Assembly (NCBI GenBank): GCA_013239625.1 | Contig: MU053444.1 | Span: 79,822-143,821, forward strand | Direction of reading: 5' to 3' | Length of the DNA stretch: 64,000 nucleotides | Source: Lama guanicoe | Lineage: Eukaryota | Shown: positions 38,041-50,964 of the stretch, piece by piece | How the letters are laid out: every line of letters starts with the position of its first letter | Position numbering within the stretch: the stretch's first letter is position 1 | Notes under the pieces: model-generated | The model's database searches: none | The model's input: the letters and a program-made list of their open reading frames with translations, nothing else | Told to the model about the DNA's origin: nothing | Made by a program: the position numbers and the translations under genes

Positions 38041-40200
38041 GTGCAAATCCTTGCAGTCAGCCTGACCCCGGGAGGCTAGCTCAATGGTTTGGGGCGGCGA
38101 TGGCAGCAGGTGGGAGGCTGTCCGGGCAAGCAGGTCGATTTCTTCTCTTCCCTTCAGCCTGGCCTGGGGGGACATTGGCCGCCGGAGATTCGCCAGATGT
38201 TGGACTCCAGGTAAGCTTGCTCCTGGGAGGTGGGGTGGTTAGGTCAGGGGGCAGCGGCAGCGGCGGAGGGGCTGAGAGGGGCTGCCCCTGGCGAACTGGT
38301 GGAATAGCGGCCTTGTCCCGGCTGCCGGGCCTGGGAGCGGCCTCTGCTGCCCCAGGTCGCCGGACACACCTGTCCCACTCAGCTTGCTGAGTGGGGAGTG
38401 GAGGCGGTGTCGTTAAGGTGCGGGGCCCACGGGGGTAGGGGGCTGCCACGGGGGAGCCGGTCAATTTGCTCCGCTCTCCCCTGCGGTGGAGCCTAGAAGC
38501 GGCCTCCACTGCCCTAGAGGCGGGACTCATGTCTCCAGGTGAGCTTGCTCCTTGGAGGCAGCGGTGGCGGCGCCAGGGGGAGGGGGGCCGTTCCAGGCAG
38601 CTGCTTCATTTCTTCTCTCCCCCGCGGCCTGGCCTGGGGTTGACCTCTGCCTCCGGAGATTTGCCTGAGGTCCGACTCCAGGTGAGCTTACTCCTGGGAG
38701 ATGTGTGCGGTGTGGTCAGGGAGCTGGTAAATTGGTGGCTGCGGGGTTAGGGAGGCTGCCCCGGGATAGCTTGTGGATTAGCTCCATGTCTGCACCACAT
38801 GGCCCGCAGGCGGCCTCTGCTGCCCCAGGTTCCGGGACACCCCTGTCTCAGCCAACTGGGAGCGGGAGGCAAGGTAGTAAGGGTGCAGCGGTGGCGGGGG
38901 TCGGGAGCCTGCAGCGGGGAAGCGGGCCCATTTGCATGCATCTTCCCCACGTCTTGTCCTGGGGGAGGTCTCTGTTGCCCTGGGTTTCGGGACACGTGTA
39001 ACCTAGTCGGCTTGACCCCGGGAGGCGGGCGTGGTACGTTGGGGGTGGTGGCAGCAGCGGCCGGTTTTCCCATGAAGCCGGTCCATTTGCTCCCATTTCC
39101 CCTCATGGTTTGCCCTGGGGGTGGTCCCTGTTACCCCAAGTTTGCCGGACGTCCATCTCCAAGTCAGCCTGCTCCCTAGAGGAGGAAACCATGAGGTCAG
39201 GGGGCAGGAGCGGTGGCAGCTGCGAGGGGATGGGAATGCCTTGGGGAGTTGGTGGATTGGCTCCCGTCTCCCCAGCAGCTTGGCCTGGGGGCAGCTTCTG
39301 TTGCCCCAGGTCGATGTGGGAGTGTCCTGCCAAAGATCACCAGACACACCTGTCCCATTCAGCCTGCTGGGGAGGGGCGCCCTGGGCATGCCTTTAAGGT
39401 GAGAGGGTGGCGACGGCGTGGGTAGAGGACCTGCGGCGCGCAGCTTGTCAATTTCCTCCCCTCTTCCCTACGGCCAATCCTGGGGGCGTCCTCTGCTGCC
39501 CAAGAAGCCTGATGCCCATCTCCAGGTCAGCTTGCTCCTGGGAGGCGGATGCGATGAGGTCGAGGGGTAGGGGCAGCCGGACTTCGCAGCTGCCTAATGG
39601 GGCCACTTCTTCTCCTTTCCTATGACCTGGCCTAGGGACGGCCTCTCCTGCCCAAGATTCGCCTGACACACCACACCAGGTCAGGTTGCTCCTGGGAGGT
39701 GGGCGCGGTGAGATCAGGGGGTGGAGAGGAGAGGGGTTCTGCCTATTGCGAGCTGGAGGAAGACCTCCCATCTCTCTGGAGGCCTGACGTGGGGACGGCC
39801 TCTGCTGCCCCTCGTTCCCAGGTCACAGTTCTCAGGGTCATATTGCCCCAGGGGTGCGTTAACGTGCGGGGGCGGCGGGGTGATGGCGAGTTTGTGGAGC
39901 CTGCCACTTGGGAGGTAGTGGTTTAGCTCCCATCTCCCCATCAGCTTGGCCTGGGGGCAGCCTCTGTTGCCCCAGGTCGCAAAGCATAGTTTCCCTGACA
40001 GCTTAGCCACCTGAGGTGGGCAGGATGTGCTGAGGGGGCGGAGGCAGCCCCCAAGGCAGCGATGGAGAGGGCTGTCCCAGGCCAGCTGGTTTATTTGTTC
40101 CCATCTCTACCATTGCTTCCCTAGTTTCGCAGGACGTCCTTCTCCAGTTTATCCTTCTCCTGGGAGGTGGGCGCAGTGCATGCAGCCCAAGGTCTGGGCT
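38040..40200 (+). repeat. Diverged GC-rich satellite-like tandem array, ~160-bp monomer, ~13-14 copies
   Basis: The motif G(C/G)CCTCTG(C/T)TGCCCCAGGT recurs at ~38337, 38499, 38640, 38810, 38967, 39122, 39290, 39486, 39638, 39796 and 39957. CCAGGT(C/G/A)AGC(C/T)TGCTCCTGGGAGG recurs with the same period in most monomers. Confidence 0.85.
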
Positions 40201-41549
40201 CTCCCCTGGGGAGGCGAAGAACTCTCTTGTTCTCCTTTGTCTATGTTCTTCAGCGAAGGGATTACTTGACCCAATTCTTAGTCCTGAGAAAGTGTAGCCT
40301 GTGTTACGGAAGACCTGCTGGACAGTGATTTCTAGGTGGGTTTTCACATCAGCTGATGCCCAAGGCAGGCAGGAAAGCTATTACTCAGACCTTCTTAGTG
40401 TGGAGCTGAGGGATGGCCCTGCTGTCCTCACCATATTTTTTAAAAATGTGTTACTCCCCTCTTTTTCCTAGGTGACATTTTAGGTTATTGGGTCACAGAT
40501 TGCTGGCACACCCATCCCTGTTCTCAAACATCTTTTAAACTTGGGTGAAGTGATAAGTAGGGGAAGATGATCATTTACTGAAAGCTAAGAATACTTAAAT
40601 TTGCATTAAAGCTACATTCTGTCAATCTTTCTCAAATGATCCACGACCTTGTGAATGTTGTACTCCTGTGTAAATCATTGATCTTCACATCACATTTGTT
40701 AAATGGTCAGTGAGATTTGTTAAGCAGATTATTGCTGAAAGGAAAAGCTCAGGCTTTTGAGGATTCCTTGTCTGATGTCACCCAGGCAGTCACAGTAGAA
40801 GACAGAGCTGATATAAACATCCCTCAGCTGCCTGAACTGCAAATCTTCTGGGATTATTGATCCCTGAAATGCAGGTGACTCTTGATAATATTCTGGGGGA
40901 TGGTTTACATGATCAGATTCTTCCAGTCCTGTAAATGGGTTCCGTGGCCCCAGCCCCGGGAGAACTGGTGATAAGGGCCATATCGTGAGGGGTGGGATGG
41001 GAAGGCAAGGTGTAAGAGCTGGAATCACTGAGATTCCACACTCACTAAACACAGACTCCAGAGCCTAATTGTTGTCAGGTTCTGTTCTGGATTTGAGAGT
41101 GTGTTCAGGCATGATTCTTGCCCTTCAGGAGTCACTGCCTGGGTGGAAGTAACCTTTACACAAATCTGGGAAGGATGGCAATTAAGTAGATGGGCTGTTA
41201 TGGTTCTCAGTGTGCCCAGGCTCGCTCTTCTAGGCAATCGTGGGACTAACGACAGTCATGTTATTCACTCGTTCACTGATTTATTACCCTTGAATTGATC
41301 ATTTGTCCCATAGTAAGTGAAACAAGGGATGAGGAACCTGAGTTTTGTCCCCTCTCCTTTCACTGATTGTATCTGTCAGTCGGGCGCCCTGCGTATGCAT
41401 TGTGAAATGGTGGTATTTCTTGCCCAATGGGGCAGCACTGTCAGTTCTGAGAATCAGGGGAGTCTCGTGGGTAGGACAGCACCCTGACGCACATGACACC
41501 CCCCCACCCCGTGAGACAGCATTGTTGATGCTCAGGTGACCCGATGTAG

Positions 41550-41722
41550 ACGGCGGTGTTAAACCTGAGCATGTTTAGTGATCTTGGCGGCTCTGAAAAT
41601 ACAGACTACCGGTCCCTACCTCTGGAGACGGTGAGTGTCTGTACCCCAGAATTCTGCATTTTAAGGAGCACTTTAACTAATTCTGATGAAGATGATCTGA
41701 GTGTCCCATTGAGAAACAGTGT
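41550..41722. mobile_element. MER5A-like hAT-Charlie element
   Basis: AAATACAGA..CCGGTCCCTACC...GAATTCTGCATTTTAA...ATTCTGATG...TTGAGAAACAGTG. Confidence 0.55.
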
Positions 41723-41974
41723 TGTGTAGTACAGCAATATTGAGGATACTCAGGGAATAATGTCTTTTCAGGATGTCCAAGGGCCCTCACAAAAGTCTCA
41801 CTTGAGACTTTTGCCTTGGGTTTAATTGTATGTGTTCAGAAGTGATGTCTCTCACTTCCAGTGCTTGTAAGCATGCTCTGTGCAGGGACTTGCACTCAGT
41901 AGATGGCAAAAACTATGATTCTTCAGGTCACCGAGCTAGAGTGTGAGCGATCTTTATTTTGGTTTTCTTTATAG

Positions 41975-42364
41975 CAATGCAGAGTCTCCCGAGAAGAGAT
42001 TCAGATTGAACAGCTTTGTGTCAGACTTTGGAAGACCGCTGGTGCCCAAGGTGTTCTCTGGCAGTGCAATGACGAATCTAGGTCCCTCTTTCACTGCTAC
42101 GTCAATGAAGTGGACCCCTTGGACAAGGCCAAAGCTGGTATCTCAACCATTTCCCTTGACAGTGATATTCGGCTCCAGGAAGCCATCGGATGCAGCAGGT
42201 GGCCAGAGGAGGAGCCGAACAGGCTCATGAAATGTGACATCCCCAACTTCATCAACACGGACCAGAACTCTTCCTTTGGGGAAGATGATCTCCTGATTTT
42301 GGAACCACCAATTGTTCTAGAAGATAAGCCAGTTGCTCAGACCTCACACAAAGACTTGAATTGA
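41975..42364 (+). pseudogene. Orphan terminal coding exon of an unidentified gene, probably duplicated and possibly frameshifted
   Basis: Strong acceptor tttattttggttttctttatag|. Protein-like peptides NAESPEKRFRLNSFVSDFGRPLVPKVFS and, in a second frame, QCNDESRSLFHCYVNEVDPLDKAK...KCDIPNFINTDQNSSFGEDDLLILEPPIVLEDKPVAQTSHKDLN*. No upstream coding exons were recognised in the window. Confidence 0.6.
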
Positions 42365-43930
42365 GAAACTTGCTTTGTCAAGTTTCTTTCTGAAGACGTG
42401 AAGTCTGTCTTTGTATGGCAGGAATTCCCCTTTCACAAAATTGTATGTGTTTGTGTCTGAGAGAGAGAAATGGAGACAGACAGAAAGACAGAGACAGACG
42501 AGCGCCCCCTCAGAAGAGAGCTAGTTAAAGTGAGTTTTTGTGCCTTTAAAAAAACATTTGGTGTTTGGGGGGGAACAAAGTATTTACACTGTCTCATTGT
42601 CCTAGTTGGAAACCTTGGCCCCATATTGAGTGTCAGTGGCCTTGAACGGGGGTTGGCACGGTGCATTTCATCTGGAGCTGCCACTTGCAAGCTCTGCCTT
42701 TAGCAAGTTGCTTTGCCTCTCAGGGCTGCCACCCTTTTAACTGTAAATAGAGGAGTCTGGAGTAGGTGATCCATCCCAGCTCTGTTGTTTTGCAAATTTC
42801 TGATTTCATATTCGGATGAGGCTGGGATACACCCAGAGCAGTATAATCCTGGCCCTACCTTCTGCGTATTGCTGGGGCATCCCTCAGGTCTGTTCCTTCT
42901 ACTCAACCCTTTACTGAGCCCAGATTTTGTCTGGAGCTCAAGTGCCTACCGAGATGGCAGGGGACGTTTCTCGTGGTCATGGTGACCATCATTTCTATTG
43001 GTTGTGCTGAAACAGCTCTTCTGAGATTCCCCCGGCCACCCTTGCTCAAACCTGAGGACAACTCTGTCGTTTCATTCCTAGGAGGAGGATCAATGTATGG
43101 TGCATTTTATGACAATCCTGTCCCCAGGAATGCACGGAAGATTATCAGCTGAGTGAGGGGAGGTGCCTCTGTGTCCCTGTGTCCCTGTATCTCTGTCTGC
43201 TAACAGTGCCCTGCCACCTGCCACTGAGCAAGAAAAGTGCTATTCACAATGATGTGTGTTTTGCAGACTTGTAGACGATGGTCGTGTGGCTCGTGTGTGG
43301 GCTTTGAGCTGGGATGTTGAAGAGCTTATAAATACCTCATCAACATATATTCGAGGTGGCCTGGTGTCACACAGACTTGATTCATGAAGGCATCAAGCCT
43401 GCGCACTGGTTTGGAAACAACTTAGTTTTGATCAGTCACACTGCATGCATGACTTGCTGCTAATCCCTGGGTGGTTTTTTCATTTTAGATTTATTCACCC
43501 AGTGTCTTGCTTAAGCTGAAAAATACTTTTATTTCACCAGAATATTCTCTGATTCTTTGTTTTCACACATCCAGTTTTTTAATTCCTTTAAAAATTGTTC
43601 TGTGTTTATAATGCCTCCTGATTTCTATCATTTCTAGTTTCCCTGTGGCCTGAGCCATGCACCAGATTTTATGTAGGAACTGTTCCACCAAAAGGAATCC
43701 CCTCGCTATAATATCTTTTGAGGAAAGTATTATTCTTTAAGACCCTAACACTAATTCGTAGAACAAAGCATGGAACATTTCTTGTAGTTAATACATGTTC
43801 ATGCAAAAAGAAACTTGATATTTTCATTGAAGAATGTTGATTTTAATAACTTTTACTAATGTGAATATTATTATTCATAATTTAAGTAACCAAATAAAAC
43901 CACAGTTATTTATTATTAAGATTAAAAACT
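42365..43930 (+). other. Putative 3'UTR of the orphan exon with polyadenylation signals
   Basis: Mostly unique sequence becoming U-rich, ending in AATAAA 43893-43898 and ATTAAA 43921-43926; interspersed repeats follow. Confidence 0.45.
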
Positions 43931-44184
43931 ATTTACATGGTCTCTCAATTAGAAGACTGAAGTGTATTTAAAAGATGGAAAAATACCCATGATGACACCA
44001 TCTTTTTTATTAACTAAATATCAAGAACTGTGCAGGGTTAAGATTTGAACACCTGCAAGCTGCCAAGTTAGCATGAGGTAGTTTGTGGGTGCTGCCAGAA
44101 AACAGGACACTTCACCAGGATCAGAGACAAAGGACTTCCTGCCAGCACAGCAGGCAGCCTGTGGTTCATGTTCATGTTGGTTCC

Positions 44185-44630
44185 TGAGTTCCTTTCCTAT
44201 TGCTGTTGTAACAAAGGACCGCAGACTCAGTGGTTTAAAGTAACACACATGCATTGTCTCACTGTTGTAGGGTGCAGAAGTGCAAAGTCAATGTCAGTGG
44301 ACTAAAGCCAACGTGTGGCCAAGGCTATGTTCCACACCGAGGCTTTTGGGAGGGATTCATCTTCCTACTTTTCCCAGCTTGCAGAGGTGCTCACACTCCT
44401 TGGCCCAGGGCCCTGTGTCACTGTGACTTCTGCTGCCACTTCACATCTCTGTCTGACCAATCTGCCTCTCTCCCCTAAGGACCTCCGTGATGACATTTGC
44501 TTTCCCACAGTGATCTGCCATCCAAAGGTCCTTGATAGTCACACCTGCAGAGTCCCTTTTGCCATGCACGGTGACATTCCCAGGTTCTAGGGATCAGACC
44601 GTGGACATATTGTGGGCCATTTTTCTACCA
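44185..44630 (-). mobile_element. MLT1 (ERVL-MaLR) LTR
   Basis: TTCCTATTGCTGTTGTAACAAA...AGTGGTTTAAA...CACCTGCAGAGTCCCTTTTGCCATG...CATTCCCAGGTTCTAGGGATCAG. Confidence 0.8.
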
Positions 44631-45034
44631 AGTACTTCCCTTTGGCCCCACTTGTTCTTGTCCATCCCACATACAAAATGCATCCACCTCATCCCAACAC
44701 CCTCCAGAGTCTCATTTACTACACCATCAACTCAAAATCCAACATGTAGTCTAACTATTATCAGCTCAAAAGCCTAAATATTTTCATCCTCATCGCCTAA
44801 TTCAGGCATGATTGAGACCCTGGGTGTGATCTTCTCTGCTCAAAATCCTGCAATGGCTTCTCATTTCACTGAGTGAAGGAGCGAGAGTCCTTATGGTGAC
44901 CTTACAGATTTCCTCCCGCTCCCCAAGCTGAGCTCATCTCCGGTTTTCTCCCTGGCTCACTCTGCTCCAGCCACACTGGCCTCCCTGCTGGCCCTTGGGA
45001 ACATCAGACATGCACCCACAGGCCTGTTGCCCTG

Positions 45035-45432
45035 GCCGGTCTCTGTCCAACTCATATGCTGAAATCCTAACCGCCAGGACTACAGAACATGACCCCATTT
45101 GGTAATAAGGTTGTTGCAGATGTCGTTAGTTAAGAAGAGGTCATTACGGTGGGCCCTAATCCAGTATGACTTGTGTCCTGATAAAAAGGGGAATGTGGAC
45201 ACAGAGACACGAGTACATGGGAGATGACGTGATGAGATGTGGAGAGAAGATGGTCGTCTCCAAGCCAAGGAGAGAGGCCTGGACCAGCCTTTCTCTCCCA
45301 GCCCTCGGGAGGAACCAGCTCTGCTTACACCCTGCCTGCAGACTCCCCGCCCCCAGGACTGTGAGACAGTGAGCCTCTGTGGTTCACATCACCCAGTGTG
45401 CGGTGCTGTGTTAGAGGAAGCTCAGCAACTAG
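45035..45432 (+). mobile_element. MLT1B/C-like LTR
   Basis: CATATGCTGAAATCCTAACC...GGGCCCTAATCCAGTATGACT.GTGTCCT.ATAAAAAGGGGAA...CAGGACTGTGAGACA. Confidence 0.8.
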
Positions 45433-47769
45433 CACTCCCTTCTCAAGGTCCTCTGTGAGGCCAGCTCTGGCCATCTCATTTTAAACTGGAAACTGCCTTC
45501 CCCTTGTCTCTGCCCCAGAAACCCCCTCTCCCTGATCATACTATTTCTATCACCTTCTAGAATACCATATATTTCACATGACTGTCACGACTGTAGTTTA
45601 TGTTCTGCTCCTCCTCAGTCCTACAGGGACAAGGATCCTTATTTGTTCACTGATGGACCTTAGGTGGCTTGACCAGTACCCGTGACAGAGCAGTCAACAC
45701 AAATTGGCCAGATGGAAGGAGGGATCGTTGCTTAAATTCACAGGTGAGTGAACGAAGATTCCGGGGGATTGAGTGTTTCACTCAGGGACAGAGCAGGTAA
45801 TTGTCAGGCCAAGGTGGGTTTCAGGTACCTATGAACCTGAGGGAGGCTTGAGTGATTCCCTTTCCATTGATTAGTATTTCTCAGGTGTCTCTTTATCTGG
45901 CTCTAACTTTTGACTTCTTTCTGTTATTCTTCTAAGCTTTCAACCAGTTTTAAGTTTTAATTCTGCTTTGTCTCAGGTAAACAAATGAAATCTGTAAATC
46001 TTTTAACTCATTATTTATTTCATCTAAATACATTGTGATTAGTGATGATGTTTTATTTCTGGCATCTTGTTTTGTGAATTCTATTTGCTTTGCTCTGCTT
46101 TTCTCCTGCCAGTTATATCCCTTGCAGTCATGGTTAAGAGCATGGCGTCTAGAGACAGCCTATCCGGGCTTGGTTCCCTCCCTTGCTAACCATGTAACCA
46201 GGATACGTAATCCCTTTGAGACTCACTTTCTTCATATACCAAAAGTGGTACTATCCACCTCAAAGACTGTGAGCATTAAGTGATAAAATAGAAGAAGAAC
46301 TTAGAATAGTGACCGGCCTATTTTGCATTCTTCATTTGGACTTCTTTATTTTTATTCTCTTTTTAGACAATTACTTTAGAGTTTTAATGAACACCCTAGA
46401 TATTGAAGATTAAAATGTTACTTAGCCCATACATTGAATTTTATAGACCAAATGATATCTGTATTTTGTTTCCATAAGTTCTGTTTAGTTTTTTAAAAAA
46501 TTGATATGTTTTCTTTTTCATGATGTCCTGATTGTTCATTATGTTATATAAGATTCATTTTATCTTTTAATGATTCAGTCATACTTATTTTATGCTCTCT
46601 CTTAGATTGTTTCATAACTTTAGGCTCTGGAATATTAATCATCCTGTGTTTCACGGTTAGCTCTTTCTTCCCTGTGGCACTTATTTCCTTCTGTTTTTAG
46701 TTGTGTGTCTGTGTGTGTGTAGATTTGTGGGAGCTTCTCTATAGTGAATACAGTTTTCTTCCTATGATTGTCCCTTACATCCTGGTTTTTAAAATTTCCC
46801 TAGAGAACAATTTTGTGTTGCTTATCCTAAGGCTCCAGGTGATATGATCCACCTTGAATTATTATATTTTTCGGTTAGGGAATTCCGGAATCTTAAGTGG
46901 AGTATCAATTTGGATTCCACATTCAAATAAAGCAGGGGCATGGAGATTAGATTTTTTTAAGGGAGACTTTGTTTTTCCCTAGAGTACCGGTTGTTTCACC
47001 CCTTTCCTGTGTGCACATGTGGAGAACTTTGAGTCTTCCTTTCAGTGAAGAGGCAAGACTTCCAATACGTCTTATGCAGAGGTTTCTATAAAGGAAGACT
47101 CTTCTATATCTGGTATGGACCCTTTTTCCTAAATGGACATTGTATCCCTATTTATGTGCAGATGAAAACCCCTTCCCTCCAGGGTGTGGTGGCATCAGCT
47201 CACAAGATTACCATTTTGGGGTTAAGTGTCCTCTTTGTATTGTCACCTGGGAACTTCTCTCTCCATAGTTAGATCTGTGTCACTTTTGTTGTTGTATTTT
47301 ATCTGGCGTTACTGAAAGTTTTACTTAAAATGGATCCTAATTAGCTCTGTTTACCTGTTTCCATAGCTGAAAGCTTCAGTTCTAGAGTATCTGTTTGATT
47401 TTTCTTAAAAATACGTTCCAGTATATTTCTCTGGTGAAAGTCTTCACCCTGTTATCTATTCTCCCATCATTTCCTTATTTTCTTGAATATATTAAAAGTA
47501 TTTTATAGCCTTTATTGGTAACTCTGATGCCTACATTACCTGGGGGTTTGCATCCTTTGTCTAATATTTCTTATTCTCATTTTATCCATCATATAGTCTT
47601 GATATGTTGCATGTCTAGAAATTCTTTATTACATGGCAGATATTGCAAATGAAAAATCCATATCTTATCTTCCATAAGAGGTTTTCTACCTTCCTGTTAG
47701 GCAGACAGGGTGAGGGACTGATCATCTCACTCCAATCAGGCCCTGAGTTGTGTCAGGACAGAAGTGCCT

Positions 47770-49330
47770 TTTTTCTTAACACAGCTTTGAGGTATATTTG
47801 GCAAAATAATTGTCACACATTTAAAGTGTACAACTTAATACATTTTGACATAAGTATATCCCCAAGAAACCATGACCTCATTCAAGACAGTGAACATACC
47901 CATCACCCACAAAACCCTTCTCCTGCCTTTTGTTGTCCCTCCCTCCCTCCCCGTCTATTCCCCTGGAAACCATTGATCTGCTTTCTATCACAACACACTG
48001 GTTTGCATTTTCAAGATCGTTGTATGGATGGATTCATGCAGTATCTACTCTATGTTGTCTGACTTCTTTCATTCAGTGTAATTATTTTGAGAGTCATCTG
48101 TGTTGCTGTATTAATAGCTCATTTTTCTTATAGCAGAGTATTGCTTAGTGCTGAGCTTTTCCTGAATAGTTTATTGTGAGCAGTGTTTGGATAGACCATC
48201 CTTTGTTTCTCCATTTACTTCTTGATGGATGCATGGGTTATTTACAACTTGAGCTATTATAAATAATATTGCAGTGAATATTTGGTTACAAGTCTTTGTA
48301 TGGACATATGCTTTTATTTTCTAAAGCATTAGATAAGGAATGTCTGGGTTATATGGTAGATAGGTGTTTACCTTTTTTAAAGAAACTGTTAAAAAGTTTT
48401 CCAAAATGCTTGTGCTATTGTAAATTCCTCGTGGTGTGTATCAGTTCTGGTGGCTCTATTTCCTTGCCAGCACTTTGTAAGATCGGTCTTTCTAATAGTA
48501 TACATTCCAGTATGTATGTGTACTAGTATCTCACTGTGGTTTTTAAAAGCATTTCTCTAATGACTAATGGCATCTTTAATCAGCATCTTTTCATATGCTT
48601 ATTATCCATCTGGATATCTTTACTGAAGTGTATTTTCTGGCCTCATTCATTCATTCAGGTGTTTACATTATTGAGTTTTGAAATCTTTTTATTCTGGATC
48701 AGACACAAAGAGAGACCTTAACCAGATATATGATCTGCAAATAGCTTCTGCCTATGGCTTGTCTTTTCATTTGCTTTGCAGTGTTTAGAAGAGTTTTGAG
48801 GAGTCTTCATTTTTGTAAAGATCACTCTATTAGTTACTTTTTAAAATAGATTATACTTTTGGTGTCATAGCAAAGAAATATTTGCCAAACCCAAGGTCAT
48901 AAAGCTTAAGCCTATGCTTTTTCTCCTAGCTGTTTTATAGTTTTAGATTTCCTATTAAGATCTATGATCTACTTTCAGTTAATTTTTGTATATTTGGTGA
49001 GGTATGGATCAAAGTTCATTTTTTTTTTGCATATCACTATCTAACAATTCCAGCACTACTTTTTGCAAAGATCCTTTTCTCCACTGCATCTTTTTGAGAA
49101 TCAATTGTCTATATAAGTGTTGGTTTAGTTCTGAACTTTCTATTCTGTTCCATTACTCTATTTTCCTGTTTTACACCAACACCATAATTTCTGATTACTG
49201 TAGCTTTATTAAAAAAACTCTGAAAATCAGATAGTGTAAGTCTTCCAACTTTGTTTTTCTTGTTCAAAGTTGTTTTGGATATTTGGGATCCTTTGCATTT
49301 TTATATGAATTTTAGTATCAGTTTTTAAAT
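47770..49330 (-). mobile_element. Old L1M 3' region (antisense)
   Basis: T-rich strand with typical motifs: ACAGCTTTGAGGTATA, TTTAAAGTGTACAA, GTATCTCACTGTGGTTTT, CCAAACCCAAGGTCAT, AAGTCTTCCAACTTTGTT. Confidence 0.85.
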
Positions 49331-50964
49331 TCCTTATATCCTGTTCTGCCAAAATTCCACCCATGTCTTTGTCCATCTCCAAAGCCACATTTTCTGAAGT
49401 CTCTCTAGATCCCAGGTGAAAGGAATTTCTCTTTCGTCTGTGCTTCATTCACATTTCATAATATTTGATTACATTTTTTCATATTTGGCTGTATGTACTT
49501 GTCTGATCTTTCCTGCCATATAGTAAACCTCTCAAGATTAGGAATCTTGACTTGGTTCCCTATGTCTGTTAGAAAATTAGTTCTATGCTTTGCAGGAGTG
49601 AGCCCTGCAGTAAGAGGTATTTGCAGCACACATCTACTTCATTGCTTGCATATTGTCAAGGAATCCTGCAGATTTAGAATTGTTTATTGATTGTTGTCTC
49701 CAAGATAGCTCAGTCTTTTTTATTTCTATTATTACTGCTGTAGTTTCAAAGAACAATGGGATAATTGTTTTCCAAATGTCAAAACATACTGTAATTTAGT
49801 TGTGATGCAAATTATGTCCTGCTGTGTCTTAAAAACCTGCTTAGTGTTCACAGGCTCCTTCACTCATGGAACTTTTGGGAGAATGACATATCCTTAGAGA
49901 TAGCACTGCTGACTTTGGCGACCTGAGCAGCAGTATCTGAACTCACTCGTCCTGTATTTCCAGTGTCCCCTCTAGCCCTCCTCCAGCCCTCCATGGGGGG
50001 ACCTGCAGTTCTGACCTCGAAAAGCCTGTTGCTTCTCAGGAAGACTTCCCAATGAAACATAATCATATCCTTCTTGTGGGGACATTCAGTCCAGTGACCT
50101 GACAGCAAGAGAAAATGTTTAGTCTGCTCTTGGTAGAGCCTAAACTCTTCCATACTTATTAGAAGCAAATCCAATGAGGGAACTGTGTTGGCATCTAACA
50201 AATCAGCATAAATGTCTGATGAGGAAGATCAGCTTCCCCATCCAACTCAGGCGTCATGTTGATGTGACACTCGCCTTGGCTAACATTTTCTCCTTTGTGC
50301 AACATAAGTTTCAAGACATTATGAATGGCATTTTGTTTTTCTTCCTTGGTCTTTACACATTCACTGTGTCTTTTGAGATTATATGAATCTTGCTTATTTT
50401 CAGCCCAGCTAGTGGACAATTTGTTAGAAGATGGAAATCCTTAGATTTTGGTCCTAGAGTTGAATCTTGGTTAGGGGTGAAAGAAAATTCCTATTAAAAT
50501 TTTAAAATCAGTGTTATAAAGTTTTTAAATTAGTTCAATATTAGTCAATTTCATTAAACACTTTAGCAGTTATTTACTTTTAAGCCTCTTTATGGGGCAA
50601 TTTTGCAATGATTCCCTCTCTTTATTGATTCCCTCTTTATCAGAATCCTTGAGAGGCCCCTGTCATCACTGTCAGTATCATCATCATCATCATGGAACTG
50701 ATTTCTCCGGAAGATTCTAGGAAAATAAAGAGATGGGTGGGGTTATGTGTAGGTCAGTGTGTGCATATACAATAAGAACAGTTATCAGACATTAGGTGCA
50801 AGATATCCACTTCATCTAGAGAAGAATGTGGTCATGAAATCCTGATGTGGTGAATGAAGGAAGCAGTGGGGACAGGATAGTCAATGGAAAGGAGGAGGAA
50901 GTGAGTGAAGCGGGGAGCATAGATCCTTGGTTAGCCGATCATCAAATTGGTGTGAATGAGGGGA

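Noticed and set aside
38040..40200. CRISPR-like repeat-spacer pattern or repetitive protein gene
   Set aside because: The DNA is mammalian, whole monomers are homologous rather than unique spacers between identical repeats, and the ORFs are short and occur in all frames as expected for GC-rich repeats.
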